A stretch of 64,000 bases of DNA from Thermococcus sp. (GTDB lineage: Archaea > Methanobacteriota_B > Thermococci > Thermococcales > Thermococcaceae): positions 21,003-85,002 of the forward strand of contig NZ_JALSLB010000059.1 of the NCBI RefSeq assembly GCF_026988555.1, given 5' to 3'. The first letter of the stretch is position 1. Each line of letters begins with the position of its first letter. The translations under genes were made by a program, and so were the position numbers. This document shows, piece by piece, positions 19,459 through 31,365 of this stretch. The notes under the pieces are model-generated. The model saw only the letters and a list, made by a program, of their open reading frames with translations, did no database searches and was not told the origin of the DNA.

Positions 19459-20538
19459 ATGAAGAATCCATTCGAGAAGATGCCGACGGTGCTTACCGCT
19501 GATGAGCTCATCGACAAGGCGTTTCGAAGGGCTGAGAAGGCGGCCTCAGCTTTCACACCTAAGGGAGGACCCAAGGCCAAGGCAAGGGGGAGGGAAGAGT
19601 TAAGGGTTAGAACGGTCTCAAACGTGCTGCGCGACAACCTGAAAAAGCTCTTAGACCGGACACCAGGCGTCTCTGAGCTTCCGGAGTTCTACCGTGAGTT
19701 GGTTGATACCCTCGTCAATAGGGGCCAGTTTCACCGCTCGCTGGGAAGGGTCAACTGGGCCATAAAAACAATCCGAACCCTTGAACAGAGGTACGTGGAG
19801 AAAATCCGGTACTCGAGGGATCCGATGGAGATATCCAAGCTGAGGCGGGCGTACTACGGGAGGATAGCCAGCATTATCAAGGACATAGCAGATGACCTTG
19901 AGTACCTCAATCAGGCGAGGAACGCACTCAAAAACCTACCCGTCATTGACCTGGAACTTCCTACGGTCGTCATAGCGGGCCATCCGAACGTGGGCAAGAG
20001 CACCCTCCTGCGTGCCTTAACGAACGCTAAGCCGGAGATCGCCACGTATCCCTTCACCACCAAAGGCATAAACGTCGGCCAGTTCGAGGAGCACTACCTG
20101 AAATACCAGGTCATAGACACACCGGGTTTGCTCGACAGGCCGCTGAGCGAGAGGAACGAGGTCGAGAGGCAGGCCGTTCTTGCCCTGAAACACCTCGGCA
20201 GGGTCATCGTCTACATCTTCGACCCCAGCGAGTACTGCGGGTACCCCGTGAGTGAGCAGACCCACCTGTTCGAGGAAATCTACGCCGAGTTCGGCGAGTT
20301 CCCCTTCATCGTTGTCCTCAACAAGGTGGACATAGCGGACGAGGGGCACATTAAGGCCGTTGAAGAATTCGTCCGCTCCAAGGGGCTCGAACCCCTCAGA
20401 ATCTCGGCTCTGAACGGTGAGGGTCTGGATGAGCTGAAGAGACATGTCATTGAGCTGGTCAAACCGATGGTTGAGGAGCAGGCAAGGAAAATAATGGAGA
20501 AAGAGCTGCGGAAGTATAGGGACGAGCTGGAGCTCTGA
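19459..20538 (+). CDS. NOG1-family GTP-binding protein
   Basis: The ATG at 19459 follows GAGGTGA. G1 GHPNVGKST, G3 DTPG and G4 NKVD are present. The N-terminal NOG1-type helical domain begins MKNPFEKMPTVLTADELIDKAF. Confidence 0.85.
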   Translation: MKNPFEKMPTVLTADELIDKAFRRAEKAASAFTPKGGPKAKARGREELRVRTVSNVLRDNLKKLLDRTPGVSELPEFYRELVDTLVNRGQFHRSLGRVNWAIKTIRTLEQRYVEKIRYSRDPMEISKLRRAYYGRIASIIKDIADDLEYLNQARNALKNLPVIDLELPTVVIAGHPNVGKSTLLRALTNAKPEIATYPFTTKGINVGQFEEHYLKYQVIDTPGLLDRPLSERNEVERQAVLALKHLGRVIVYIFDPSEYCGYPVSEQTHLFEEIYAEFGEFPFIVVLNKVDIADEGHIKAVEEFVRSKGLEPLRISALNGEGLDELKRHVIELVKPMVEEQARKIMEKELRKYRDELEL

Positions 20539-20649
20539 CAGCTCTTCTTTTATATCGTTAACCCCCGTAAAGTCAGAGAAGTTAACGGTAGCGTAAAGTT
20601 TTTAGGGTGAACTGTACTTAACGATGACATTTAAAAGGAGATAAAGAAT

Positions 20650-21042
20650 TCAGGCGTTCTCTCCCCTGATTAGGACCGCATTGACGATGCCGTCCTGGCC
20701 GGGCCTGCTGGTGACGATGGCCTTGCCGGCCTCAGTCTCGATGATGGCGCCCCTGGTGACGATGTTTCTCCTGACGTACTGCCTGTTGGCCGGGTTCTTA
20801 AGGACGTTGAGGATCTTGACCTTCTTGCCCTTTCCGTCCTCGAAAACGTTGGCGTAGAGGGCCTCGATGAGACGGACTTTTCTGTTTCCACCGTAGGTCC
20901 TGATGATCTTCTTCTTTTCCCTCTCCTCGCCAACCTTGGTGAAGGCCGGCTCTCTGCCGAGCTCGTACTTCCTCTTTTTCCTCGCGAAGATTATCCTTCC
21001 GCCTGAAGGCTTCCTAAGTGACCTTCCCTGCCAGATAGCCAT
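20650..21042 (-). CDS. rps8e: 30S ribosomal protein S8e
   Basis: 130 aa. The sequence [17 protein letters not shown]...[12 protein letters not shown] is the characteristic S8e N-terminus. Confidence 0.95.
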   Translation of the reverse strand: MAIWQGRSLRKPSGGRIIFARKKRKYELGREPAFTKVGEEREKKKIIRTYGGNRKVRLIEALYANVFEDGKGKKVKILNVLKNPANRQYVRRNIVTRGAIIETEAGKAIVTSRPGQDGIVNAVLIRGENA

Positions 21043-21167
21043 TTATCTCACCTCATGACACCGATGTATTACCAATTCTTAACCTATCGCCCCTTCCGGC
21101 TAGCCGTTTATAAGCTTTTCTGGAATAGTTTTTAAATTCTCCGGGGTTTACCCTCTTAGGTGGTTCC

Positions 21168-23674
<2,507 letters not shown>

Positions 23675-23836
23675 TCATGTTATGTCGTTGGTTGATTGGG
23701 AGATGCTTAAAAGCTTTGTTGGTACGGAATGAAAAGCTCGAAATGCTCAATTTAGCGGTACCCCAAAGTGCAAACCAGAGCGAGATCACGCGTCCGGGGA
23801 CAGGAGAACAGGCTGGGGGGAGGGCGGAAAGCGTCA

Positions 23837-24217
23837 TCAACCCTCCAGCTCCACTCCGTCCCCTTCCTCCTCTTCGCTGAGCTCCCTTATCTCGTATATC
23901 TTCAATGGCACTTTCTTAAGGGCCTTACCCACGACTGCCTTGGCTATCCTCTCGGCGTGCTCAACGGTCTGAGCGTTGTAGACCTTGATTGTAAGGTACA
24001 TTCCGACGAGACCCACGTTGCCTATAACGAAGGCACTCTCAAAGTGAGCACCGCAAACAGGACACTGAGAATATCCTATCTCAACCCTCACGAAGTCGAG
24101 CTTCTCCTTGTTAAGAGCCTTGGCAACCTTTGAAACAGCAACGTTTATCGCATCATCAGAGGTTTCAACATCCCTAACGATTATCGGCGCTTCCAAAACA
24201 ACAACGTAGTCACCCAT
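23837..24217 (-). CDS. UPF0212/DUF555 family protein with a CxxC zinc-knuckle
   Basis: The ATG at 24217 follows GGGGTGA. The sequence MGDYVVVLEAPIIVRDVETSDDAINVAVSKV...CPVCG is typical of this archaeal family (from memory). Confidence 0.8.
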   Translation of the reverse strand: MGDYVVVLEAPIIVRDVETSDDAINVAVSKVAKALNKEKLDFVRVEIGYSQCPVCGAHFESAFVIGNVGLVGMYLTIKVYNAQTVEHAERIAKAVVGKALKKVPLKIYEIRELSEEEEGDGVELEG

Positions 24218-24229
24218 AGTTCTCACCCC

Positions 24230-24517
24230 TCATCCGAAGGCAAACAGTCTGTCGTCTTCTCCGTTAAACACTCCCAGCCTCACTCCCGCATCAATGAAAC
24301 CGTGGGCGTAGTTGAGCGCAGCAAACGCAGTAACGTAGTCCCCCTTGGAATAGTAGTACCTTGCATCCTCAAAATAGCTCCTGGCCATTGTTAGAAAATC
24401 GTCGGCGACCGCCTTTAGGAGGCTCTTCTCATGAACGGCAATTTCCAGAGTCTTAAGAGCTTCTTCAGTTATTTTAAAATATCTCTGGAGCTTTTCCTCG
24501 GTTATCTCTCGCTCCAC
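24230..24517 (-). CDS. DUF357 family protein
   Basis: 95 aa. [38 protein letters not shown] matches the DUF357 pattern as I recall it. Its stop lies 12 nt upstream of the DUF555 gene's ATG, suggesting one operon. Confidence 0.75.
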   Translation of the reverse strand: MEREITEEKLQRYFKITEEALKTLEIAVHEKSLLKAVADDFLTMARSYFEDARYYYSKGDYVTAFAALNYAHGFIDAGVRLGVFNGEDDRLFAFG

Positions 24518-24632
24518 CGGTCTCGCCTCGGCCTAAGCTTGTGCCTTTCTTTTATAAAACTTGCCCCGTTCGGAAGGGAGGATCCTCAACGGGGATGCGA
24601 TATCCAATGAGCCGCCGGCTGTTTGCTCAAAG

Positions 24633-24648
24633 CGAAAAGCTTAATAAG
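24633..24648 (+). promoter_or_regulatory. BRE/TATA promoter of tRNA-Pro
   Basis: CGAAAAGC-TTAATAAG. The TATA ends 28 nt before the tRNA 5' end. Confidence 0.6.
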
Positions 24649-24675
24649 GAAGGTGTCATTGCACTACCGCAGGAC

Positions 24676-24753
24676 GGGGCCGTGGGGTAGCTTGGCCTAT
24701 CCTGCGGGCTTTGGGAGCCCGTGACCCGAGTTCGAATCTCGGCGGCCCCACCA
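24676..24753 (+). tRNA. tRNA-Pro (anticodon UGG), CCA encoded
   Basis: Hand fold: acceptor GGGGCCG/CGGCCCC, anticodon stem CGGGC/GCCCG with loop TTTGGGA. T arm CCGAG-TTCGAAT-CTCGG, discriminator A and CCA. Confidence 0.9.
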
Positions 24754-25009
24754 TAACAGCCCTTTCTGATGAAAGCGCTGGCGGAAAGTGATAAACTGTT
24801 CTAAGGCACCTGCACATAAGTTGTTTTATTCCAAATAGGAGTATATAGAAGAGCACTTCTCAATGATTGGAATGGAAGGGTTTTGCCTCCAGAGAGACGC
24901 CCTTCAGGCTCTGAAAGGAAAGTAAAAAGGAGGCATGCAATATTTAGTGCCTGCTTAAGCCGCAATTCAAAAACGATTTGATCAAACTTTTCTGGCGAAA
25001 AGTTTGTTG

Positions 25010-25086
25010 TGGAGCCCCGGGCGGGGTTTGAACCCGCGGCCTGCCGCTTACCAAGCGGCCGCTCCACCAGGCTGAGCCACCGGGGC
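25010..25086 (-). tRNA. tRNA-Thr (anticodon GGU), CCA encoded
   Basis: Hand fold: acceptor GCCCCGG/CCGGGGC, D stem GCTC/GAGC, anticodon stem GCCGC/GCGGC with loop TTGGTAA. T arm GCGGG-TTCAAAC-CCCGC, discriminator T and CCA. Confidence 0.92.
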
Positions 25087-25110
25087 GTCGATGATAGCAT
25101 GCCGGTCGGC

Positions 25111-25126
25111 ATTTATAAATTTTTCC
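25111..25126 (-). promoter_or_regulatory. BRE/TATA promoter of tRNA-Thr (overlaps the stop codon of the upstream PIN gene)
   Basis: The minus strand reads GAAAAATTTATAAAT. The TATA is centred about 27 nt upstream of the tRNA 5' end. Confidence 0.6.
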
Positions 25127-25712
25127 CCCCACCCAGTTTGACGGTGAGCCCCTCCAAAACCTCACGAAAGTTCGCGGCGTCGATCCATTTTATCCCCATC
25201 TTCTGGGCCCACGTCAGTATGCCCACGTCGGCCGATACTATGGTGGCGTCCAGTTCCTTGGCAAGGAGAATCAGCTCGAAATCCTCTTTGCTATCCACTA
25301 TGCCCTCCCGAAGGGCTTTCCGGTAGTTCCTTCTGAGCTTCTGGATTATCCTGTCTATGTTGTCGGTCTCGATTACCCCCTCCCTAACGGCCTTCTCCGC
25401 CACCCCCAGCCCCTTATCTATACGCCGTCTTATGTCCTCCACCAGCTCATAGACGACGAACGCAGGTATCTTTATATCATGGACGTTGGGGGGCTTCTTG
25501 ATTATATAAAGCTCAAGGTCAGGGAGAACCTCCTCGACGTCAACGAAGTGCACCACTTCCCGGTATATACCCGGCGGCATATAAAACTCCACCCGACCAA
25601 ACAGGGTTTCCGCATGCTTCAAAAACGTTTTCATTGCCTCGGTAGGGTTCTCACCGAATTTATCCCTGATATCTGGGTTTACGAAGATACTAGTATCGAG
25701 GACAAACCTCAT
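25113..25712 (-). CDS. PIN-domain protein of the UPF0278 / HARP (RNA-free RNase P homologue) family
   Basis: 200 aa from the ATG at 25712 (MRFVLDTSIFVNPDIRDKFGENPTEAMKTFL...IVSADVGILTWAQKMGIKWIDA). It has a PIN-like acidic N-terminus (LDTS) and the family-typical length. The 58-aa N-terminal extension in the ORF track looks non-coding. Confidence 0.75.
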   Translation of the reverse strand: MRFVLDTSIFVNPDIRDKFGENPTEAMKTFLKHAETLFGRVEFYMPPGIYREVVHFVDVEEVLPDLELYIIKKPPNVHDIKIPAFVVYELVEDIRRRIDKGLGVAEKAVREGVIETDNIDRIIQKLRRNYRKALREGIVDSKEDFELILLAKELDATIVSADVGILTWAQKMGIKWIDAANFREVLEGLTVKLGGGKNL

Positions 25713-25764
25713 GACCACCACAACTTTATTTAGGCTTCTCCGTTTAAAACGGTTAGGTGGAACC

Positions 25765-26973
25765 ATGAAAGTCGGAGTGGCTTTTGGTGTAAGTGAACTT
25801 GCAGATCCTAAGGGATTCGAGAAGAAAGCGTCAAAGTTCCTGACGAACCTCGTGCGGGAGTTTGAGGTCTCCGGAGGGTTCCTCATATCAACGAAGGCAG
25901 ATTTTAAGAGGGCAAAGGGGGAGGTTGATTTTAACAGAGTGGACGTAATAGTAATCTATCCTCTAACCGGTGGCACAGAAAGTGCGCTTAAGGAGTTTGC
26001 GATGTACAGGAAACCCATAATAGTGTACGGCGATGAGTTCAACAATTCGCTGGCTGCCGGGATCGAACTCAGGGAGTACTTCAGGGAAAGGTTGCTCCCG
26101 GCGACCCTCGTTAAAAATCCCGCCGAGTTAAAGGCGGCACTACTTGGGTACGAAGACATGCGGGATAACCTTGAGAAGTTCCTACGTATGAGGATCGGCC
26201 TTATAGGACGTGTTTCCCCCTGGCTGATAAACGAGAAGTTTGACCTCCCATACACCCACATAAGCCTGAAGAGGTTCTACGAGTACTACGAGCAGGTTGA
26301 TGAAGGGGAGGGTTGGGAAGCCGTTGCGGAGGTCGTGGAGAAAGCAGAAGTCATAAAAGAACCTGACAAAGAAGACCTCCTCAAAGCGGGGAGGATATAC
26401 CTGGCTATAAAGCATATCCTTGAGGACTACCACCTGGATGGTTTTACGATAGGCTGCTTTGACCTGATAGGTAAGATCAAGGGGACGCCGTGCCTTGCAC
26501 TTGCTATGTTCAACGCCCAGGGCATTCCAGCGGCGTGTGAGGGTGAACTGAACTCCCTTCTCGCCATGATGGTGGTGAGACGCTTCTTTAACAAACCCTC
26601 CTTCATGGGCAACATAGCCGATTACGGTGAGGATTACCTGATCCTGGCCCACTGTACGGCCCCGATTACGGCCCCTTACACGCTGAGAACCCACTTTGAG
26701 AGTGGTATGGGGGTGGGGGTTGAGGTAAAGCTTCCGAAGGGCAGGGCGTCCCTCCTAAAGATAAGGGGTAGAAAGGCTGTTGTGGCGGACGTTGAGGTTG
26801 TAGGACGTGAACACAGCGAGAACCGGTGCAGAACCCAGTTAAAGCTCCGCGTTGAGGACGCTATGGACTTCATCGACGGTACCATGGGAAACCATCACCT
26901 GCTCGCCTACGTGGATGCTGAGGAGCTGGCAGACCTTCTCAGCGAACTCGGGTTTGAGGTGATGCTGTACTGA
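25765..26973 (+). CDS. Sugar isomerase-like protein (L-fucose/L-arabinose isomerase superfamily, tentative)
   Basis: 402 aa from the ATG at 25765, which follows AGGTGG. Coding is clear. The family call rests only on my recollection of similar Thermococcales proteins and the overall pattern (GTPCLALAMFNAQGIPAACEGELNS...ILAHCT). Confidence 0.55.
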   Translation: MKVGVAFGVSELADPKGFEKKASKFLTNLVREFEVSGGFLISTKADFKRAKGEVDFNRVDVIVIYPLTGGTESALKEFAMYRKPIIVYGDEFNNSLAAGIELREYFRERLLPATLVKNPAELKAALLGYEDMRDNLEKFLRMRIGLIGRVSPWLINEKFDLPYTHISLKRFYEYYEQVDEGEGWEAVAEVVEKAEVIKEPDKEDLLKAGRIYLAIKHILEDYHLDGFTIGCFDLIGKIKGTPCLALAMFNAQGIPAACEGELNSLLAMMVVRRFFNKPSFMGNIADYGEDYLILAHCTAPITAPYTLRTHFESGMGVGVEVKLPKGRASLLKIRGRKAVVADVEVVGREHSENRCRTQLKLRVEDAMDFIDGTMGNHHLLAYVDAEELADLLSELGFEVMLY

Positions 26974-27035
26974 AACCACACACTTCTCTATCATCTTTAG
27001 TTTGATGCCGCTTCTACCACCGGTGGGGTGGTGAT

Positions 27036-27119
27036 TCATCCCCCGCCACCTGTACAGCCCGCCGCGATAATGGCGATCAACATAACGACCACGAGGGCCG
27101 CGGTAGCAAACCCTTTCAT
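27036..27119 (-). CDS. Candidate 27-aa micro-ORF resembling a lipoprotein signal peptide
   Basis: GGAGGTG lies 7 nt upstream of the ATG. It encodes MKGFATAALVVVMLIAIIAAGCTGGGG-stop, with a lipobox-like AAGC. It is not in the ORF track because it is under 60 aa. Confidence 0.3.
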   Translation of the reverse strand: MKGFATAALVVVMLIAIIAAGCTGGGG

Positions 27120-27343
27120 CCAAAGACACCTCCAAATATGAATGTTCAAATATAATCAAATTGCCATATTAAGATATTGCTGCACATCTCTAGGTGTATA
27201 TAATTTGCGTTACTTTTTCGTAAAACTTTCTTTGAAAGAGCCCATTTTACCGGATCTTAATCGGAACATACTTGATAAACATACATATTTCGAACCTAGA
27301 AAACTCTTTTAATAGACGGGTTTATGTAACATGGGGGATCGAG

Positions 27344-28162
27344 ATGAAGGTAATAATGACAACAAAGGTTGACCCGGCATCGATGAACATTTTGGACAAG
27401 CTCGTGGAATACTTCGGCTTCAGGGAGGTTGAAATTCACTTCGACGGCAACCCCGTCTTCAAGAGTGGGGATACCCTCATACTGACCACCAACGACGAGA
27501 TGATATACTACGACGGGCTTGACAAGGCCATCGCGAAGACACTTGGAACAAAGCCAGAGATAATAGCATTTGCCTCGCGCCATTCAAGCAAACAGAACCT
27601 TCCCGCCCTAACCACTCACGTCACGGGCAACTGGGGCAAGGCGGTGTACGGGGGAAGGGACGAAGATCTGGCGGTAGCTCAGCCAAACGCAATGAAACTT
27701 GCCCTTCTAAAGATGTACGAGCTGAACGACCTCGGGTGGACTGTGTGCTACGAGGCCACGCACCATGGCCCAAGTGTTTTAAGCGTTCCAAGTTTTTTCA
27801 TAGAGATCGGATCAAGCAGGGAAGAATGGACGAACGAGAGGGCGGGTGAGATAATCGCAGAAATCATAATCCATACCCTCAAGAACTACGGGAAGAAAAA
27901 ATTCAAAACGGCACTTGGAATAGGCGGAGGGCACTACGCCCCCAAAGAGACCAAGAGGGCCCTTGAATGGGATTTGGCTTTCGGTCACATAGCGCCGAAG
28001 TACACCCATCCCCTCAGTAGGGAGATCATAATACATGCCCTGGACAGGACGGAAGGCGAAGTTGAGGCCATTTATGTTGATTGGAAGGGCACCAAGAGGG
28101 AGACCCGGGAGACGGCCAAGCTGGTAGCGGATGAGCTGGGCTTGGAGTTCATTAAAGACTGA
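27344..28162 (+). CDS. dtdA: D-aminoacyl-tRNA deacylase, archaeal type (DtdA)
   Basis: 272 aa from the ATG at 27344 ([16 protein letters not shown]...SRHSS...THHGPS...GGGHYAP). This matches my recollection of the archaeal DTD family and its usual length. Confidence 0.8.
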   Translation: MKVIMTTKVDPASMNILDKLVEYFGFREVEIHFDGNPVFKSGDTLILTTNDEMIYYDGLDKAIAKTLGTKPEIIAFASRHSSKQNLPALTTHVTGNWGKAVYGGRDEDLAVAQPNAMKLALLKMYELNDLGWTVCYEATHHGPSVLSVPSFFIEIGSSREEWTNERAGEIIAEIIIHTLKNYGKKKFKTALGIGGGHYAPKETKRALEWDLAFGHIAPKYTHPLSREIIIHALDRTEGEVEAIYVDWKGTKRETRETAKLVADELGLEFIKD

Positions 28163-28280
28163 TAATCGAAATCTTTAAAGGTGTTAAGCGGCATTTTAAA
28201 ATCAGCACTCGGTTTAGCTAAATTTATATACCACTTGAGTACAAAGTGAAACAGATGTTAAATTGCCTGGAGGGTGGAAA

Positions 28281-29405
28281 ATGCTGAAGCTGATTGAAGA
28301 TGCCATCGAAAGAACTTCCTCCGACATAGAAAAGGTCCCGGAGGCTCAGGCTCCCCAAACCGATGTAGATGAGGAACTTAAGAAGATCCTCGAACAGATA
28401 CAGGCCAAGATATACGTGGTTGGTGTTGGTGGTGCCGGCTGTAACACGATTAACAGGATGATGCAGGTTGGTATTCAGGGTGCTAAGATAATCGCCGTGA
28501 ACACTGATGCTCAGGACCTCCTCAAGGTGAGGTCTCACAAGAAGATACTCATTGGTAAGGAGCTTACGCGGGGTCTTGGGGCCGGAAACAACCCCAAGAT
28601 GGGGGAAGAAGCGGCTAAGGAGAATGAGAGAGATATAAGAGAGGCCCTTGAGGGAGCGGACATGGTCTTCATAACCTGTGGTCTCGGTGGGGGAACCGGA
28701 ACCGGTGCCGCTCCGGTCGTTGCTGAGATGGCCAAGAAGATGGGAGCTCTGACAGTCTCAGTGGTGACCCTCCCATTCACAGTTGAAGGCATTAGGAGGA
28801 TAAAGAACGCCGAATACGGCCTGGAAAGGCTCAGGAAGAACAGTGACACCGTTATAGTAATCCCGAACGACAAGCTTATGGAAGTGGCTCCGAACCTGCC
28901 GATTCACATGGCCTTCAAGGTCGCCGATGAGATACTCGTCCAGGCGGTCAAGGGTATAACCGAGCTCATCACCCGGCCGGGCCTCATTAACCTTGACTTC
29001 AACGACGTTAGAGCAGTCATGAAGGACGGCGGCGTTGCAATGATAGGCATCGGCGAGAGCGACAGCGAGAAGAGGGCTTTAGAGGCTGCCCAGCAGGCCC
29101 TCAACAGTCCGCTCCTCGACGTGGACATAAGCGGCGCTAGGGGGGCACTGATAGCAATCAGCGGCAGCGACGTAAAGCTTGAGGAGGCTCAGCAGATAAT
29201 TGAAGTTGTCACGAGCAAACTCGACCCGGAGGCCCAGGTAATCTGGGGAATACAGATAGATGAAGAGCTCGGCAAGACCATAAGAATCCTCATAGTGGTC
29301 ACAGGAGTCAGTTCCCCCTACGCGGTTACCGAAGAGGAAACTCCCGAATACCTCGGTGAGGAGGGCGAGAGAAAAGTTATTAAGCTGGACCTTGAGGAGC
29401 TTTAA
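28281..29405 (+). CDS. ftsZ: Cell division protein FtsZ
   Basis: The ATG at 28281 follows GGAGGGTGG. The tubulin signature [10 protein letters not shown] is present, with [15 protein letters not shown] and NTDAQDL. Confidence 0.95.
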   Translation: MLKLIEDAIERTSSDIEKVPEAQAPQTDVDEELKKILEQIQAKIYVVGVGGAGCNTINRMMQVGIQGAKIIAVNTDAQDLLKVRSHKKILIGKELTRGLGAGNNPKMGEEAAKENERDIREALEGADMVFITCGLGGGTGTGAAPVVAEMAKKMGALTVSVVTLPFTVEGIRRIKNAEYGLERLRKNSDTVIVIPNDKLMEVAPNLPIHMAFKVADEILVQAVKGITELITRPGLINLDFNDVRAVMKDGGVAMIGIGESDSEKRALEAAQQALNSPLLDVDISGARGALIAISGSDVKLEEAQQIIEVVTSKLDPEAQVIWGIQIDEELGKTIRILIVVTGVSSPYAVTEEETPEYLGEEGERKVIKLDLEEL

Positions 29406-29435
29406 AGGCTTTCATTTTCCACAAATTTACGCGAG

Positions 29436-29630
29436 GTGACGAGCGTGGTAACAAACATGGAAAAACTTAAAAGCTTCTTCACGGAGTCGCGGAGGGTTTT
29501 GATGGTCACCAAGAAGCCCGGGTGGAAGGAATTCAAGATGGCGGTCAAAATAACCGGCATCGGAATGATTTTAATCGGAACCATCGGGCTCATAATCCGT
29601 ATGATTGGCTACCTAACAACCGGCTCCTGA
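29436..29630 (+). CDS. secE: Protein translocase subunit SecE / Sec61-gamma
   Basis: [17 protein letters not shown] is followed by a single TM helix ([22 protein letters not shown]). The start is ambiguous: GTG 29436, GTG 29445 or ATG 29457. Confidence 0.8.
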   Translation: MTSVVTNMEKLKSFFTESRRVLMVTKKPGWKEFKMAVKITGIGMILIGTIGLIIRMIGYLTTGS

Positions 29631-29649
29631 ACTGTCTGTGGTGAGGAAC

Positions 29650-30108
29650 ATGAGCGATAGCAGAATATTCACAGTAAGGGTCACCGTGGGCCAGGAAGAG
29701 ACCACGGCAAAACTGATATACAGCAAAGTCAAAACGTACAACCTGCCAATATACGCCGTGCTCGCACCGTCAAAAGTCAAGGGGTACATATTCGTAGAAG
29801 CACCCAACAAGAGTGCCGTGGACGAAGCCATCAAAGGGATACGCCACGCCAAAGGTACGCTACCCGGAGAGGTTGAATTCGAGGAGATCGAACACTTCCT
29901 TGAAGAGAAGCCCGCGGTCAGTGGCTTCGAGCCGGGTGATATAATTGAACTCATTTCAGGCCCGTTCAAGGGAGAAAAAGCAAAAGTCGTCCGTGTGGAC
30001 GAAGGCAAGGACGAAATCGTGGTGGAGCTCATAGGCTCAATAGTTCCAATCCCCGTTACGGTGAGGGGAGAATACGTTAGGCTTATAAGCAAACGCCAGA
30101 AGGAGTGA
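29650..30108 (+). CDS. spt5: Transcription elongation factor Spt5 (NusG)
   Basis: 152 aa with an NGN domain ([15 protein letters not shown]...GYIFVEA) and a KOW motif ([22 protein letters not shown]). Confidence 0.9.
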   Translation: MSDSRIFTVRVTVGQEETTAKLIYSKVKTYNLPIYAVLAPSKVKGYIFVEAPNKSAVDEAIKGIRHAKGTLPGEVEFEEIEHFLEEKPAVSGFEPGDIIELISGPFKGEKAKVVRVDEGKDEIVVELIGSIVPIPVTVRGEYVRLISKRQKE

Positions 30109-30137
30109 AAGAAACCAGATAAAGAGAGGTGAGAACA

Positions 30138-30629
30138 ATGCCACAGGTCGTTGAAGTCCTCGTTGAGGGAGGAAAGGCATCTCCAGGCCCTCCACTCGGA
30201 CCGGCAATCGGCCCGCTTGGGCTTAACGTTAAACAGGTAGTTGACGAAATAAACAAAGCCACCAAGGACTTTGAGGGGATGCAGGTTCCCGTTAAGATCA
30301 TAGTCACCGACCCCAAGAAGAAAACCTTTGAGATTGAGGTCGGTGTTCCCCCGGTCAGCCAGCTCATCAAGAAGGAAATCGGTGCCACAAAGGGTTCAAG
30401 TGAGGCCGGACACAGCCCAGTTGGGGACCTGAGCATGGAAGGCGTCATCAGGATCGCCAAGGCCAAGGTCGAGCAGATGCTCTCTGCCGATCTTAAGGCT
30501 GCGGCAAAGGAAGTCGTGGGCACGGCCCTCAGCATGGGCGTAACCGTTGAGGGCAAGGATCCGCGTGAGGTTCAGCGCGAAATCGACGAAGGCGTCTACG
30601 ACGAAGTTTTTGCAGGCGCCGGAGAGTGA
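30138..30629 (+). CDS. rpl11: 50S ribosomal protein L11
   Basis: The ATG at 30138 follows GAGGTGA. It contains [20 protein letters not shown]. Confidence 0.95.
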   Translation: MPQVVEVLVEGGKASPGPPLGPAIGPLGLNVKQVVDEINKATKDFEGMQVPVKIIVTDPKKKTFEIEVGVPPVSQLIKKEIGATKGSSEAGHSPVGDLSMEGVIRIAKAKVEQMLSADLKAAAKEVVGTALSMGVTVEGKDPREVQREIDEGVYDEVFAGAGE

Positions 30630-30709
30630 GGGAAAATTTTAAAAATCTCTCTTTTTAGCATTTTTGACTTTTTAAGGCTTAAATCAAAAAAGAAAAGGAG
30701 GGGCTGTAA

Positions 30710-31360
30710 ATGGCCTTTGACAGGCAGAAAATCTTGGAAGCGGTGAAGGAGGCGAAGGCCCGGGCCAAGCCGCGGCACTTCACACAGACCGTCGAACTGG
30801 CAGTCAACCTCAGGGACATCGACCTGAAGAAACCTGAGAACAGGTTCAAGCTTGAGGTTGTGCTGCCCCACGGTCGTGGGAAGGAGCCCAAAATCGCGGT
30901 CATCGCTGATAGTGCCGTTGCCGAGGCGGCTAAGAAGCTCGGGCTTGATGTGATTAGTGGGGAGCAGCTTGAGGAGCTCGCTAAGAACCCAAGGGAAGCC
31001 AGAAAAGTTGCGAAGAGGTACGATTCTTTCATTGCCGCAGCACCACTGATGCCAAAGATAGGTAAGTACTTGGGTAGGTACCTAGGTCCAAGGAACAAGA
31101 TGCCTCAAGTAGTCCCACCGACAATGACCAACCTTGAACCGATACTCAACAGGCTCAAGAGGACGATCAGGGTCCAGCTCAAGAACAACCCGGTAGTTCA
31201 CGCACCGGTTGGCACCGAAGACATGGACGAGGAGAAGCTCGCCGAGAACGCTGAGACGGTTCTAAACGCCGTGCTGGGCAAGCTTGAGAGGGGAGAGAAC
31301 CAAGTGAAGTCAGTGTACATCAAGACCACCATGGGTCCAGCCGTTAAGGTGGAGAGGTGA
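30710..31360 (+). CDS. rpl1: 50S ribosomal protein L1
   Basis: 216 aa with RBS AAGGAGGGG. The L1 family pattern is present ([25 protein letters not shown]...). Confidence 0.95.
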   Translation: MAFDRQKILEAVKEAKARAKPRHFTQTVELAVNLRDIDLKKPENRFKLEVVLPHGRGKEPKIAVIADSAVAEAAKKLGLDVISGEQLEELAKNPREARKVAKRYDSFIAAAPLMPKIGKYLGRYLGPRNKMPQVVPPTMTNLEPILNRLKRTIRVQLKNNPVVHAPVGTEDMDEEKLAENAETVLNAVLGKLERGENQVKSVYIKTTMGPAVKVER

Positions 31361-31365
31361 GGAAG

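Noticed and set aside
23785-23840. Minus-strand TTGATGA ... CGGA unit overlapping the DUF555 stop codon.
   Set aside because: Only the outer boxes fit. No D' or C' box lies at the 12-nt spacing and there is no terminal stem, so it is probably chance.
24766-24813. C/D box sRNA candidate starting at CTGATGA just after tRNA-Pro.
   Set aside because: Twelve nt downstream there is AAAG instead of a D' box. No CTGA or variant lies 12 nt after the C'-like GTGATAA. There is no terminal stem.
24863-24914. C/D box candidate ATGATTG ... CTGA in the tRNA spacer.
   Set aside because: The C box lacks the second GA. The internal D' and C' positions (TTTG, GAGAGAC) do not fit. The flanks cannot pair.
25713-25886. 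N-terminal extensions suggested by the ORF track. Examples: 58 aa on the PIN/HARP gene, 42 aa on the dUTPase gene running through tRNA-Arg, 55 aa on trkH, 34 aa on the NSS transporter, 19 aa on pckG, 28 aa on the ABC-2 ATPase and 35 aa on GDPD1.
   Set aside because: In each case an internal ATG is preceded by a GGTG/GGAGG-type RBS and restores the family-typical N-terminus. The extension is low-complexity or overlaps an RNA gene or promoter.
27021-27040. Palindromic CCACCGGTGG-containing hairpin between convergent genes, considered as a terminator.
   Set aside because: No adjacent T-tract lies on either strand, and archaeal termination relies mainly on oligo-T. It may be incidental.
26839-27159. 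106-aa ORF on the minus strand in the gap after the isomerase-like gene.
   Set aside because: Most of it runs antisense through the 3' end of the convergent gene. It has no RBS and implausible composition. Only the separate 27-codon ORF in another frame has translation signals.
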